Shown here one piece after another: positions 10,163 to 20,667 of a DNA stretch of 64,000 bases (its first letter is position 1; the number at the start of each line of letters is the position of its first letter). The position numbers were made by a program, and so were the translations under genes. Where the stretch lies: assembly GCA_963422375.2 (NCBI GenBank), contig OY729428.2:992001-1056000 (forward strand). The letters run 5' to 3'. The stretch is from Bryobacterales bacterium (GTDB lineage Bacteria > Acidobacteriota > Terriglobia > Bryobacterales > UBA6623). The notes under the pieces were generated by a model. That model was not told where the DNA came from and made no database searches. It worked only from the letters and a program-made list of their open reading frames with translations.

Positions 10163-11704
10163 CTACTGCTCGCCCGTCAGCTCGATATCGACGTCCTGCC
10201 CGTCCTCGGCCCCGAGGATGCTCGCCACTTCGTACGGCCAGGCGTGGCGGTCGAACCGCTCGGCCGACTGCCGCTTCGGCCAGCCCGACAGCGAGGCGCG
10301 CCGGGGCCGGTCGAGGAGGTAGTTCGCGTAGATCGCGCGGGCATGCTCCCGGTGCGGGGCGACCGCTTCCGGCGTGTAGCGGTACTTCTCGAGGCGTTCC
10401 GGGTCGAGGCGCTGGCCGTGGCCAGGAGACTCGCCGAGGCGCAGGTGCCCGCCCTTCCAGTCGAACTGACCGCCCTCGATCACGTCGTCGCTCACGTGGA
10501 TCGTCTCGTTGTCTATCGGATGGCAAGGTCGCGGCGCGCGGCCCATGTAGATGCCCGCCCGCTCCGGTTCCGGCAGGACCGCCGAGGCCAGGGCGGCGCG
10601 AAACGCCAGCTGCGAGCAGAGCTCGAAGTTGCTGTGGATGGCCAGGTGCAGCCCCATGAACTTAGCAAGCTGGACGAAGCGCCACAGACCCCAAGGACCC
10701 AAGTTGATGTCCGGCACCGCCACGTCGGCCCCCTCGTAGCGCTCTAGCATGTACCAGTCGGGCTCCCACCGATTCGACATCGGGCTGGCGCCGCGAGGAT
10801 GGATGATCGGAGGCCACCAGTGACACGAGAGCGGAGTGCGCAATTCCGCCCGCAGCGCGGTCATGCGCCGGTAATAGTACTCGGACTGAAAGCCGCCGCG
10901 GCCGGGGCGGCGCTCGCGCGGGGCCTGTCCCGGCGGATAGAACCGCTGCGGCAGCAGGGAGTGTACGGGCTGCTCCGCGTACTCGAGGTCGCAGGAGTCG
11001 ACGGCGTGCAGGATGCGGCGAGCCTCCTGGTAGTTCCAAGTCCCGTGAGCGTCGATGCGGATGGCCGTCTCGTGCCCGACCGCCTCCCGGATCCTGTGGA
11101 TGAGATCGATGTGGTCCTCCGGCTGGTAGGCCGTCATCGAGACCTTCACGGCGGGGAAGCCCTCGCGCGCCCGGGCAGCCGCGTAATTCGGCCAGGTGTC
11201 GTGGGTGATGGCGTCGCGTCCGTTCCGGTCGGCGAATCGCTGCCACGTATAAGCGGCCATGGGCACTCGATCCGGCGGGTCGAACTCGGCTTCGAACAGC
11301 TCGGCCCACAGGCGATGCAGCGGCCTGTCGAGAACCTGGCCGACGAGGTCCCACCAAGCCATGAACAGAGGCTCTTCCAAGTCGGCGTCCAGCAGGTTGC
11401 GGCCGGGCTGGCTCTCGAGGGCGGCCAGGCACCTGCGGGCCCTGGCGTCCAGGTCGACGGACCATTCGCCGGTTCCGACGAGACCTTCCTTGGTGCATAG
11501 CTCGACAAATGCCCAAGAGACGGCCGGCAGCGCCTGCCAGCCTGGCGTGTAGACACCGACCATCGGAACAAGCACCTTGTGGATCCGGGCTTCCTCGAGC
11601 GCGAGTCGGTGGGGGGCCAGCTTGTCGGCCAGATTCTCCCGGAATCGCACTACGCGACGCTTGAGCAGCGAATCGAACTCGCGAACATCGTCTAGGCAAA
11701 GCAA
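10163..11704 (-). CDS. Enolase/mandelate racemase superfamily protein (glucarate-dehydratase-like, atypical)
   Basis: GLVGTGE, WDLVGQVLDRPL, RIDAHGTW, YAEQP, IHSN, PGHG. TTG start uncertain. Confidence 0.8.
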   Translation of the reverse strand: MLCLDDVREFDSLLKRRVVRFRENLADKLAPHRLALEEARIHKVLVPMVGVYTPGWQALPAVSWAFVELCTKEGLVGTGEWSVDLDARARRCLAALESQPGRNLLDADLEEPLFMAWWDLVGQVLDRPLHRLWAELFEAEFDPPDRVPMAAYTWQRFADRNGRDAITHDTWPNYAAARAREGFPAVKVSMTAYQPEDHIDLIHRIREAVGHETAIRIDAHGTWNYQEARRILHAVDSCDLEYAEQPVHSLLPQRFYPPGQAPRERRPGRGGFQSEYYYRRMTALRAELRTPLSCHWWPPIIHPRGASPMSNRWEPDWYMLERYEGADVAVPDINLGPWGLWRFVQLAKFMGLHLAIHSNFELCSQLAFRAALASAVLPEPERAGIYMGRAPRPCHPIDNETIHVSDDVIEGGQFDWKGGHLRLGESPGHGQRLDPERLEKYRYTPEAVAPHREHARAIYANYLLDRPRRASLSGWPKRQSAERFDRHAWPYEVASILGAEDGQDVDIELTGEQ

Positions 11705-12076
11705 GGCCGGGCTACCTATTCATCGGCGGGCGCGACGCGACGCGTTCGCTTCAGCCCACCGCCCGCCGCCGGCGGGCCTGCGCCCGAGCAACTGGGAGAC
11801 TCTCCTGACAGCACTGCAAGGACGGGCCGCGACCCTCGGCTTGCGCGGGAGGCGAATCGGCGGGCAACGATTCCGCGACCCGCCTTAGGGTACGACAGAT
11901 CGCGGACACGACGCAGGCCGAGCCGACGAAACGGCCAGGAGTCAGGCTGCGGGCTTCCAGAGCACAAGCCTGAGCTGCCACACGCTCCGAAGCGCGGCAT
12001 GCCCAGATGCAAGGCGCACTGCGGCAGAGCCTGCAGGAGGCATCGTCCAAGACCCGTAATCAAGACCGCAAGGCGA

Positions 12077-13042
12077 TCACTCGGCGAGATACCGCTCGAG
12101 CTTTGCCTTCGCGTCGCGGAAGAAGCCTGTCAGTTCCTCGACGTCCCCGCCGATCTCGAAGACCAGCAGGCCTTGGTAATCGATCTCGCGAAGTTTGGCG
12201 ACGAGGCGCGGATAGTCGACGAAACCGTGGACTAGGGGCTTGTGCTCGCTCCACGTCTCGGGTTCGATGTCGTGGACATGCATGTGGAAGACCTTCGAGC
12301 CGAGCTCGTCGATGATCCGATGCGTGATGTCGTTGTACGCCCGGATGCCCTTCGGAGTGCCGCGTTGCTCGGACGTTACGACCGCGGTCAGTTCCGCGTA
12401 GTCCTTTTGGTGCCCGACGTCGATGGTCGCGCCGACATGCTCGTGGTCTATCTCCCGGATCAGTCGGACGAACTCGCGCACAGACTGCGGGTAGCCAGTC
12501 TCGATCGCCAGCCGGAATCCCAGATCACGCGCCCGGTCCCCCCACCGCCGGAACTCGCGCACGAGCATGGGCCAGGCCTGCTCGAGGGAAATGTGGGCGG
12601 ATCGCTGCACGTGAATGTTGGCGACCTCAGCACCCACGAAGGCGGTCGCCTCCAGCGCCGTGTCGATCCGGCGCACACCGTACTCGTGGGACGCCCCGTA
12701 GGTCGAAAAGTAGGGGGTGTCGACCCACGGAAGATGAGTCGACACGTAGCGGAATGGATGGAGCGCGGCCTTGAGCCGCTGCCGGTCCTCGCTCGTCATG
12801 CGGTCAAACTCGAATCCCGGCGGCATGCCGGGCCGGGCCGCAACCGAGCCCATAGGGTGAAGCTCAATGGTCTGGAATCCCAGACCGTGCAAGATGCCGA
12901 TCGACCGGTAGAGGTCGTAGCCGGGGTAATAGGGGTTCGCGCCGATGACGTCGGGGTCGAGGCCGCGCCCCGCCGAACGGGCAGGCAGGACGGCGAGGCC
13001 CGCGACGGCAGACTGCAGAAAACGGCGTCGACTGGACTTCAT
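12077..13042 (-). CDS. Tat-exported sugar phosphate isomerase/epimerase (xylose-isomerase-like TIM barrel)
   Basis: SRRRFL Tat motif; metal motifs LAIE, TIDVGH, HMHVHD, LVFE. GGAG RBS upstream. Confidence 0.88.
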   Translation of the reverse strand: MKSSRRRFLQSAVAGLAVLPARSAGRGLDPDVIGANPYYPGYDLYRSIGILHGLGFQTIELHPMGSVAARPGMPPGFEFDRMTSEDRQRLKAALHPFRYVSTHLPWVDTPYFSTYGASHEYGVRRIDTALEATAFVGAEVANIHVQRSAHISLEQAWPMLVREFRRWGDRARDLGFRLAIETGYPQSVREFVRLIREIDHEHVGATIDVGHQKDYAELTAVVTSEQRGTPKGIRAYNDITHRIIDELGSKVFHMHVHDIEPETWSEHKPLVHGFVDYPRLVAKLREIDYQGLLVFEIGGDVEELTGFFRDAKAKLERYLAE

Positions 13043-13056
13043 GGGATGGACTCCGA

Positions 13057-13310
13057 TCACTCGAGGCCTGAATCCTCGACGCCGCACCGATGCAAGGGGT
13101 TGCGCGTCGGGGCCTGTATCTTCGGATCCTCTGACGGCACCCGCCGCACCCGATGCAACCGACGTGGAGCACCCTCGCGCCTTGAGGCCGCTCCCAGTAT
13201 GTCATCTCCGCTCAGACGACGTGCTCGAGGCGTTCCCACCGGCCGAATGAATCGATTCCGCGCGTGGACTCGTGGACGATTCACGCTAGCAGCGCGATGC
13301 CGGGCCCCCG
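13057..13310 (-). pseudogene. Remnant 3' end of a dimethylformamidase-beta-like gene (diverged copy of ~19325-19560)
   Basis: Colinear nucleotide similarity to 19339-19556. Ends DPKIQAPTRNPLHRCGV versus DPKMQALMRNALHRFGV; contains an internal stop and an indel. Confidence 0.85.
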
Positions 13311-13370
13311 TCGGCGAGCTCTCCGCATCAAGTGGATCCCTTCGAGGACGAAGCGATCACCCTAGCCTAC

Positions 13371-13946
13371 CTAGCGGTCGCGCCTTGCGGCCTCGCGACC
13401 GCGGGCGTCCTGGTCTTGCGCGCTGGTCGGTTCGAACCTGCGGGAGCTCTGCGGCACGGCTTCCACCCTCTGGGCCGCCTCATCTGGCAAGTCACTGGAG
13501 CCAAGAAGAGTCGGATGACGCGTTTGCCTCGTCACTCTGGCCTCAACGGCACGCAATGTCACCGACCATGTCAGTGCGGCGATTGGGCGAAAGCAGCAGC
13601 GATCGAATCCTGCGAGCGAAGGAGCGCCGGTCCAAGGCACCGTTTCACCGTCTACGTCGGCATAGCGGAACTCGACGGCGTGTGGGCTCAGCCGCAAGTC
13701 TACGTACGCGTCTATGACTACACCCTTCTTGCGCAGGAGGTGGGCAAGGCGCTCGAGGTCCTGTGCAAGGCGATAGACCAGTCCAAGCATCGCGATCCAA
13801 GCGTTGAACAGCTTCTCCACGGCCTGCTAGGCGTGGAATCCGGCCGCCTCGTCCGCGAAAGAACACTGGACCCTGATGCCCTCCAATGTGCGCAAGTCGC
13901 ATTTAGCAATGGCAGTCAGAATTCGGGCACACTCAAGGTCGCCCAT
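13371..13946 (-). pseudogene. HEPN-domain protein with in-frame amber stop
   Basis: MGDLECAR..FADEAAGFHA*QAVEKLFNAWIAMLG..QDLERL..HAVEFRY; TAG at 13827-13829. True 3' end uncertain. Confidence 0.8.
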
Positions 13947-14274
13947 ACAGGATTCGCCTTTTCCGCAAGGCCCGCGCGAGGACGTGATTCAGTGAATCCC
14001 TCCTGTACTCGATGTCCTCTCGACTGTACACGAGAATGTCCTTCGCCGCGCCGAGACCGGCGAGCGCTCCGTAGATACGCACGGTTTCCCGCCGACGGCT
14101 GCAGTTCCGGCCAAATGGCTCTGCTTCCACAACAATCGGGTCAACGTCAGAATCCGGGCGCTCGTCACCCTTGGTGCGTGACCCGAACAGGATGACCTGT
14201 TCGGGATCCATCCCGGCGACAATGGCACGCACCATCCGAACGAGCATGGAATCCGTTACAGCAGTCATTCTCAC
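13933..14274 (-). CDS. Minimal nucleotidyltransferase (MNT)
   Basis: VILFGSRTKGDERPDSDVD motif; overlaps the HEPN start. Confidence 0.85.
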   Translation of the reverse strand: MRMTAVTDSMLVRMVRAIVAGMDPEQVILFGSRTKGDERPDSDVDPIVVEAEPFGRNCSRRRETVRIYGALAGLGAAKDILVYSREDIEYRRDSLNHVLARALRKRRILYGRP

Positions 14275-15077
14275 CGCTCCGCCTTATCCGGCGACGCGGG
14301 GCTGCAAGGCGCACATTCCTTATCTTGGCCCAGCTGTACCGGACAGTGCCATTGCCGTCGCTCGTCGAGACATCCAGCAGCACGGGTGCGGGAGCGGCCA
14401 GAGTCTGGGGTCGGCCCCGCATCGACTCATCTTGCCCCTCAAGTGCCGGCGTGGCGCAGTCCTCCGTGTCTCACGCGGGCCGAGTCCGCCGCATCGTGGC
14501 AGTTTCCCGGGTGCGGTCAAGGTCTTGAGGTTGGTTCGCAGAGTTCGTCGCGACGAGACCTGCGGTGTCCCAGCCGCGTCACGTTCCTCCCGATCATCTA
14601 CGACGGTTGGCCTCTCGCGTGATTGCGCTGGCCGCCGTAGGAGTCGAGGGGGCGGTTCGTCCTGTTCCGTCGACTCCCCGAACCGAGGCGCGTCAGCTAC
14701 AACCGGACAGGCCCGTAGTCAGTGGAAGGCGCCGCCTCAGTGAACCGTAGCCGCCCGCCGGGGAGGATTCCGGTAGCCCAAGCGCAGGAGCGTCGGCTCG
14801 ACATGCCCGCAAGAGCCTCGCTCTGGCTCGCCGGTGGGACCCCGTCGGCCTGGCAAGGCCCGCCCTCGCGTATCAGGCCACGCCCAGACCCAACGCAGCC
14901 TTGCCGTAATCGGACCGAAGCACGCCGCGTCGCAGGGACCGATTCGACGCGAGCAGATTTTTTGCAGGAAAATTTGTCGGTCTAGAATCTCCGATTGTAT
15001 CCATCCCCTTTATTTTCAATGGTGTGGAGAGATCCTGCGAGGAGAGATTTCTTGCACTATTTTTTGCGATACTCTGA

Positions 15078-16301
15078 ATGTTGACCCGTTCGATCCCATA
15101 CCAGTCGCCCAGTAGCTGGATCGCATACGACTGGCAGGCTGTCTCCGGCACGCTCGTCGAAGCGAAGGCTGCGATCCTAGCCCTGCGGGCGATCCCGTTC
15201 CAGCGCCGCTGGGTCAGGGACCTGCAGGACATCCAGCTCAAGATGGAGGTCGCCGGTACATCGAAGATCGAGAATGCCGAGTTCGTCGGAAACGAGCTCG
15301 AAGAGGCGATCCGGGCGGAGACGCCCCAGCAGCTCCAGACGCGGTCGCAGCGGCAAGCCCACGCAGCGACCAAGGCGTACGAGTGGGTCGCAGAAGTTCC
15401 GGATGACCGTCCGGTCTCGACCGATCTGATCAAGGACCTGCATCGCTTGATCGTCTCTGGCTGCGACGACGACCACTGCCCGCCGGGCGTGCCACGCAAG
15501 ACCGACGAGAACGTGACATTCGGAACGCCGCGGCACCGGGGCGTGCCCGGCGGCATCGAGTGCAAGCGAGCGCTCGAGCGGCTGGCCAAGGAAATATCGA
15601 CATCGTTCCGAGGCCACGACCCGCTGGTGCAAGCAGCGGCTGCACACTATCACTTGGCCGCGATGCATCCGTTCCTTGACGGGAACGGACGCACCGCCCG
15701 GGCGCTGGAAGCCCTTATGTTGCAACGGGCGGGCCTCCGGCACGCCCTATTCGTGCCAATGTCCAACTTCTATCACAGCGAAAAGCCCCAGTACCTGGAA
15801 GCACTCGCCGAGACGCGGCAGCGAGGTCACAACCTGACTCCGTTCCTGAAGTTTACGCTTCGCGGAGTCGTGCAGGAGGTCGGGCGGATCACGCGTTCGC
15901 TCAGGGACGCCGTGTCGCGCGAGATCTATCGAGGCTTGGTGAACGAGCTCTTCTTGAGACTCGAGAGTTCCCGGAAGCGTGTGATCGTCAAGCGCCAGCT
16001 CATACTCCTGAACCACCTGCTGGAAAAGGTCGACGAGATCGAATGGGGGCAGCTGGTAACGGAGGTACGGGGGCACTACGAGTCGCGCAAGGATCCTGTC
16101 GAAGCCATCAAACGCGACCTTGCCAGGCTATTGGGACTCGGCGCAGTGGAGGCAAAGGTCGAATCATGCCCCGGAGGGTATCGGATCCTCCTAATCTCCG
16201 TGAATCTCGATTGGCCGAGCACGATCACAGAGACCGAGTTCTTCGAGAGGATAAAGACGCTCCCCAAGTCCAAGACCTACTCGTTCCTAGCGACTCCATA
16301 G
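15078..16301 (+). CDS. Fic family protein
   Basis: Canonical HPFLDGNGRTAR; N-terminal TSKIEN fits the (S/T)xxxE(G/N) inhibitory motif. Confidence 0.93.
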   Translation: MLTRSIPYQSPSSWIAYDWQAVSGTLVEAKAAILALRAIPFQRRWVRDLQDIQLKMEVAGTSKIENAEFVGNELEEAIRAETPQQLQTRSQRQAHAATKAYEWVAEVPDDRPVSTDLIKDLHRLIVSGCDDDHCPPGVPRKTDENVTFGTPRHRGVPGGIECKRALERLAKEISTSFRGHDPLVQAAAAHYHLAAMHPFLDGNGRTARALEALMLQRAGLRHALFVPMSNFYHSEKPQYLEALAETRQRGHNLTPFLKFTLRGVVQEVGRITRSLRDAVSREIYRGLVNELFLRLESSRKRVIVKRQLILLNHLLEKVDEIEWGQLVTEVRGHYESRKDPVEAIKRDLARLLGLGAVEAKVESCPGGYRILLISVNLDWPSTITETEFFERIKTLPKSKTYSFLATP

Positions 16302-17224
16302 CTCAATGTCCCACTTCCACTCCAGACCCCCTCGCCTACAAGCGCAGTCCGCGGCGAGGATTCGGACATCTGCCCGAGGCTCGATCAAGGTCTGGACCGG
16401 TCTCCGCGGCCCCGTCCCGTCGGGAGACCGTCGGGCCCAACCGGGGAGCCGGCACTGATGCCCGGCGGGCGATCACGAGGTCGGCTGGTGGCCTAGAGGC
16501 TCTCTGAAGCCGGCCGTATGACCTTCGACCGGTCACTTCCCGCCATGGGAGCAATAGTGGCCAAGGCGGCCTGCATCGGACACGCCGAACCGCAGAAGCG
16601 ATTCCTGCTTCGAGATTCCTTGCGCTCCAGCAGTGACCCGGGTCTTGGATGTCATCGGGTCGGGCTCTCGGACGGACCGTCGCCGTGGCGGTCGCGCTCG
16701 TGTCTCGGCATGAATCGAAGCCTCTGCTAGCTGAGCGGAATCAGGTTTCGCAAGAGACCGCTGCGGGGGGCCGCAAGACCGTCGGTTCGACCTGGCTGCG
16801 ACACTGCAGATTCCGAGGCATAATCGCTGGACCGATTCGGGACATTCCACGCAGCTTCTCGGAGCAAGCCAGCTCGTCGTGGCGTTGACGTGGCGCGAGT
16901 CTCGCGCTTGAGGCTCGCCGACCGCGTACCAAGCTCCGCCCCCAGGCCTCTGCGGCCGGGGGCGACTGGTGTACTCTCCGCCAAGCGCAGCGACCCGCAA
17001 CCACGGACGATGTAGACTCACGGAAGATGTGCGCTTGCCCGCGCTGCTCGCCGGGCCAGCCGCAGGGCAGCTCTTATACGCATCGCCGATTCAACCGAAG
17101 CCGGTCACTCTGAATTCGATCGCCGTTTTGTGCAGCCTCGCACGTTACTCAAGGCCATAGCCTCGCATTGCCAACCATTGCCGACGTTTGAGGGTACATC
17201 ACAGTTGCACAGCTCGGGTGCGGC

Positions 17225-18910
17225 GACCCGAGGGCCAGGGGCTCAACGACCTCTAAGTGCGCGTTTTCCGCATGACGGAGCGACTGATCGCGGAGCAGAC
17301 GGGCCAAGGCGCCGTGTGCTTTACTTCCAAGTAGTCTTGGCTCGACGGGCTCTCGTTCACGGGCATGCGGGAGCGGTATCTCGAGGCGTTTGACTTGATC
17401 CGTGTCGACTGCCTCAACGGCGACAAGTACCGGACCGGCAAGATTACGCCGGATGGTGCGCCGGACCCTAGCATCTTCTCGACCGAGAGTGATCCCGTGG
17501 GCATCCAAGTCGGCACCGCCATCGCGACGTCGGTGCGCAAGGAAGAGCACGCACCGGCCGACGGAATCGAATTCCAAGATCTGTGGGGGCGCGAGAATGG
17601 AGCGCTTCTCACCGCGACAACCGGAGCGGATCCCGCGGCGATATACGACCGCATCGAGCCGGCGCTCGGACTCGGGCTGCCATTCCAGCACGCGTCCGTC
17701 AGCGAAGGCTGGTTCGACTGGCCGCAACTTCCGGAACTCTTCCCTGTTTCGTTTCCCGGCGTCAATACGAGCCGTGACGCGTTTCTCGTGGACGTCGATA
17801 TTGAACGGCTTGAGGCCCGGATTGGCGATTCCATCGACGCCCGTCTGAGCCATGCGGAGATTGCGCGGCGCTATCCTCGGGCGATGAAGGATGACGGCGC
17901 GATTCGATGCGCGGGGCGTCCGCGATGCACTTCTAGCACGAGGAGGTCCGTCGAAGGGCGGTTTCGTGTGCCATTGCTACCGTCCGTTTGATCGCTGGCG
18001 GCTCTATTGGGAAGCCGACAGCGGTGGATTGCTCGACCACCCGCGACCCGAGTACAGGCCTCGCGTGTTCAAAGGAAACTTGTAGCTATCGTCCGCCCGA
18101 CACTTGCGGAAGGCCGCCGGCGAGGCCCAGGCCTGCGTCGCCAACGCGCCAACGACTTAGGTTCGATGCACTTGATCGAGCGAGGCACTTCAATGTTCCC
18201 AGTTTTTCTCCGAGACCTCGACATCGGGGAAGAAGGCGACGATATTGGGCATCGCGAGGAGCTGGGCCTGGCGGCGAAGGACCTGTACTATCACGTTCTA
18301 TCCGCCCTCAATGACCCCCAATGCCGAAAGGCAAACGAATGTGGACTCCGGATCGGACGGCCGCGTATCCCGCTTCCCGGCGAGCCGAAGGGCCTGGCGG
18401 CGGGTGCAGCGGAGACCCTTGCTAAGTCGATCGTGCGTGGCCGGATATTGGCAAGCCTATTGGAGCCCGCGGAATCGGTCGACGGAGTTACGCAAGGCAA
18501 GCTTAGGCCTGCCCTGGCAGGTCTTCCTTACCTGCAACCACCAGTGGTCCCAGCATGCCCGATGAAGACTTCGCGGTGACGGCGGGATGGGGACACTTCG
18601 GCACCGGCGATGCCGTGATGCCGCGCTCGGGCCGTGCGGTCACACGCCCTTGGAGCAGTAGCGAGCGGGCCTCAGTCGGCGATGCAGGGCAGGTTCTAGG
18701 CGACACGACCGTAGATGCCTACTTGAACGCCCGCGCTTTCTGGCGCAACGTTCCCTCGGCGGCTCGGCGATACAGCCTCGGGGCTATCAGGTGCTCGAGA
18801 AATGGCTCTCGTACCGCGAACGCTCCATCATCAGACGACCGCTTCGGATCGACGAGGTCCAGCACTTCACCGACTCGGCAAGGCGGATCGCCGCGATCCT
18901 CCTGGCGACA
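17225..18910 (+). pseudogene. Type ISP restriction-modification enzyme, C-terminal remnant
   Basis: Fragments across several frames with stops: PEGQGLNDL*VR, SWLDGLSFTGMRERYLEAFD..DCLNGDKY, YRPFD..LYWE, PRIPLP, FWRNVP, KWLSYRE..HFTDSARRIAAIL. Confidence 0.75.
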
Positions 18911-19313
18911 AATCGACCCAGCGGTCTCTCCCGATGTCCATCGACGCTTCGGGCGACTCTGAGAGAGCAACTCTCCGATTCCCGGGGGTCGCAGATCTGC
19001 TCTAACCTGCTTGGGCGTGTAGTGCTCCGCCCAGCCGCTTGCAATTTCCAAACCCGTTGAGTTGACGTCCCTCGTCAGGGGGTTGTCACAGGCGGCACCA
19101 AAGGGCTAGAGGACGAATCGTCCCATAGGGATCGCGTTTTCCGTCCTGCACCAGTGGCTTGCAGCACGTGTGCGCGCTCCGAAGATGGCCGGAGCGAGGC
19201 CGAGAGCAGCCGAAGCGCTCTGCACAGCGACGAGACCGTCGACCGCGGACCTGCGGACCCGACGCCGGCCGAAGGTCCTTCCGTCGCTCGCGCTTGTCGG
19301 TAGAGCGCCGCGA

Positions 19314-20536
19314 CTACGCGGACGACTTCACTCCGAAGCGATGCAAGGCGTTGCGCATCAGGGCCTGCATCTTCGGATCCACCGACAGGGCCCACCCGCC
19401 CGCAATGCAGCCCGCGTGGAACACCCTTCCGCCCCGAGGCCGCTCCCAGTACGTCATCTCCGCGTAGACGCCGTGCTCGAGGGGTTCCCACCGTCCGAAA
19501 TAATCGATACCGCGCCTGCTCCTGTCGACAATGAGCGCTAGGGTAACGATGCCGGGCGGATCGTCGGGGACTGCGGATGACCCCGGATTCTGTTTCGTAA
19601 TCGCCCGAATCAGACTCGGCCGCACGTCGGACTCGTGACCGCCGACCCGTGGGGTTGACCCGTCGGGGCTCTGCCCGAAAGCGTCTCCGTCGCGAAGCCC
19701 GACTTGTTCGGGTTCGTTAAACAGCGGGTGGCTGGAATCGACGACTTCGTACGCACCGAAGAAGGGCTCCCGCACCGGCCACCATCCGATGCACTCAAGG
19801 CCAAGCACTCTCCAAGCGGGCAGGCCGCAGAACCGCATCAGGCTGCCGCGCTTGCCGTCATGGCTGTGGAAGATCTCGCCGATGTCGGCACCCTCTCGCC
19901 CGCCGATGTCGACACCGTGCTTGCGGCATTCCATCGCCGTGCCGTCCTCGTCGTACGCGACGCGCCAGAACATGGTATTGCCGCTCATCACGATCACCGA
20001 CCCGCCGGCCCGCAGAAAGTCGTCCACGGCGCGGTAGGACTCCTCTGACCAGTACTCGCTGTGCCCGTTGATCACCACGACCTTGTAGCCTTGGATCCGT
20101 CCTGGGTCACGGTGAATGTCGTGGTCGCTGGCGACGTCGTACGGGTAGCCGTTCCCTTCGAGCCACCGGTGAGCGAAGAACTCGCCGCGCATCAGGTGGC
20201 TGTAGTTCAGGTCGTCCTTGCTGAAGACCACCTCCGGGCCCGCAACGGGCCAAGGGGTTTTCGTGCCGATCGCATAGGTGGGCTGCCCTTGCGCGTGATT
20301 GCGGTAGCAGCAGTAGGCCGGCGCTCGAGGATGTGCGTTGTCCTGGCCCGTGGTCTCCCAGAAGGGCACTTCAGAATTCACAGCGAACGGCGTCGCGCTG
20401 TAGGCCTGCCAGGTGTTGGTGGAGCAGAGCACTAGGATCGGTGTCTTCGGGCGCTCGGGCGACCGCCGAACTAGGAATGTAACGTCGTAGGCGATGGGTC
20501 TTCCCTTGTGGCGTCCCTCAAACCGACCGACATATA
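19314..20536 (-). pseudogene. N,N-dimethylformamidase beta-subunit-like protein, 5'-truncated by IS630
   Basis: STNTWQAY, GHSEYWS, SGNTMFWRV, GRVFHAG. The family-like frame ends exactly at the IS630 left end; the ORF-track start lies inside the IS. Confidence 0.8.
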
Positions 20537-20667
20537 CTGAGGAGCACAAAAGTCGTTCTTGCCGTTCTCGCCCTCTTCTGAGACCAGTTCCGACACTTGA
20601 ACGTGGTAGAATTGTTGCATGAATCCCTTCCAATTCGACGACTTTCGGCGACTCCCTCATAAGCTTA

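Noticed and set aside
13827..13829. Amber read-through or recoding in the HEPN gene
   Set aside because: TAG terminates many genes in this window, and the gene shows other signs of erosion.
14280..17200. Short ORFs in the unassigned stretches flanking Fic (14280-15070, 16310-17200)
   Set aside because: No recognisable motifs, RBS or repeats; probably eroded cargo.
13057..19560. Diversity-generating retroelement TR/VR pair
   Set aside because: Mismatches involve all four bases plus an indel rather than adenines only, and no reverse transcriptase is present in the window.
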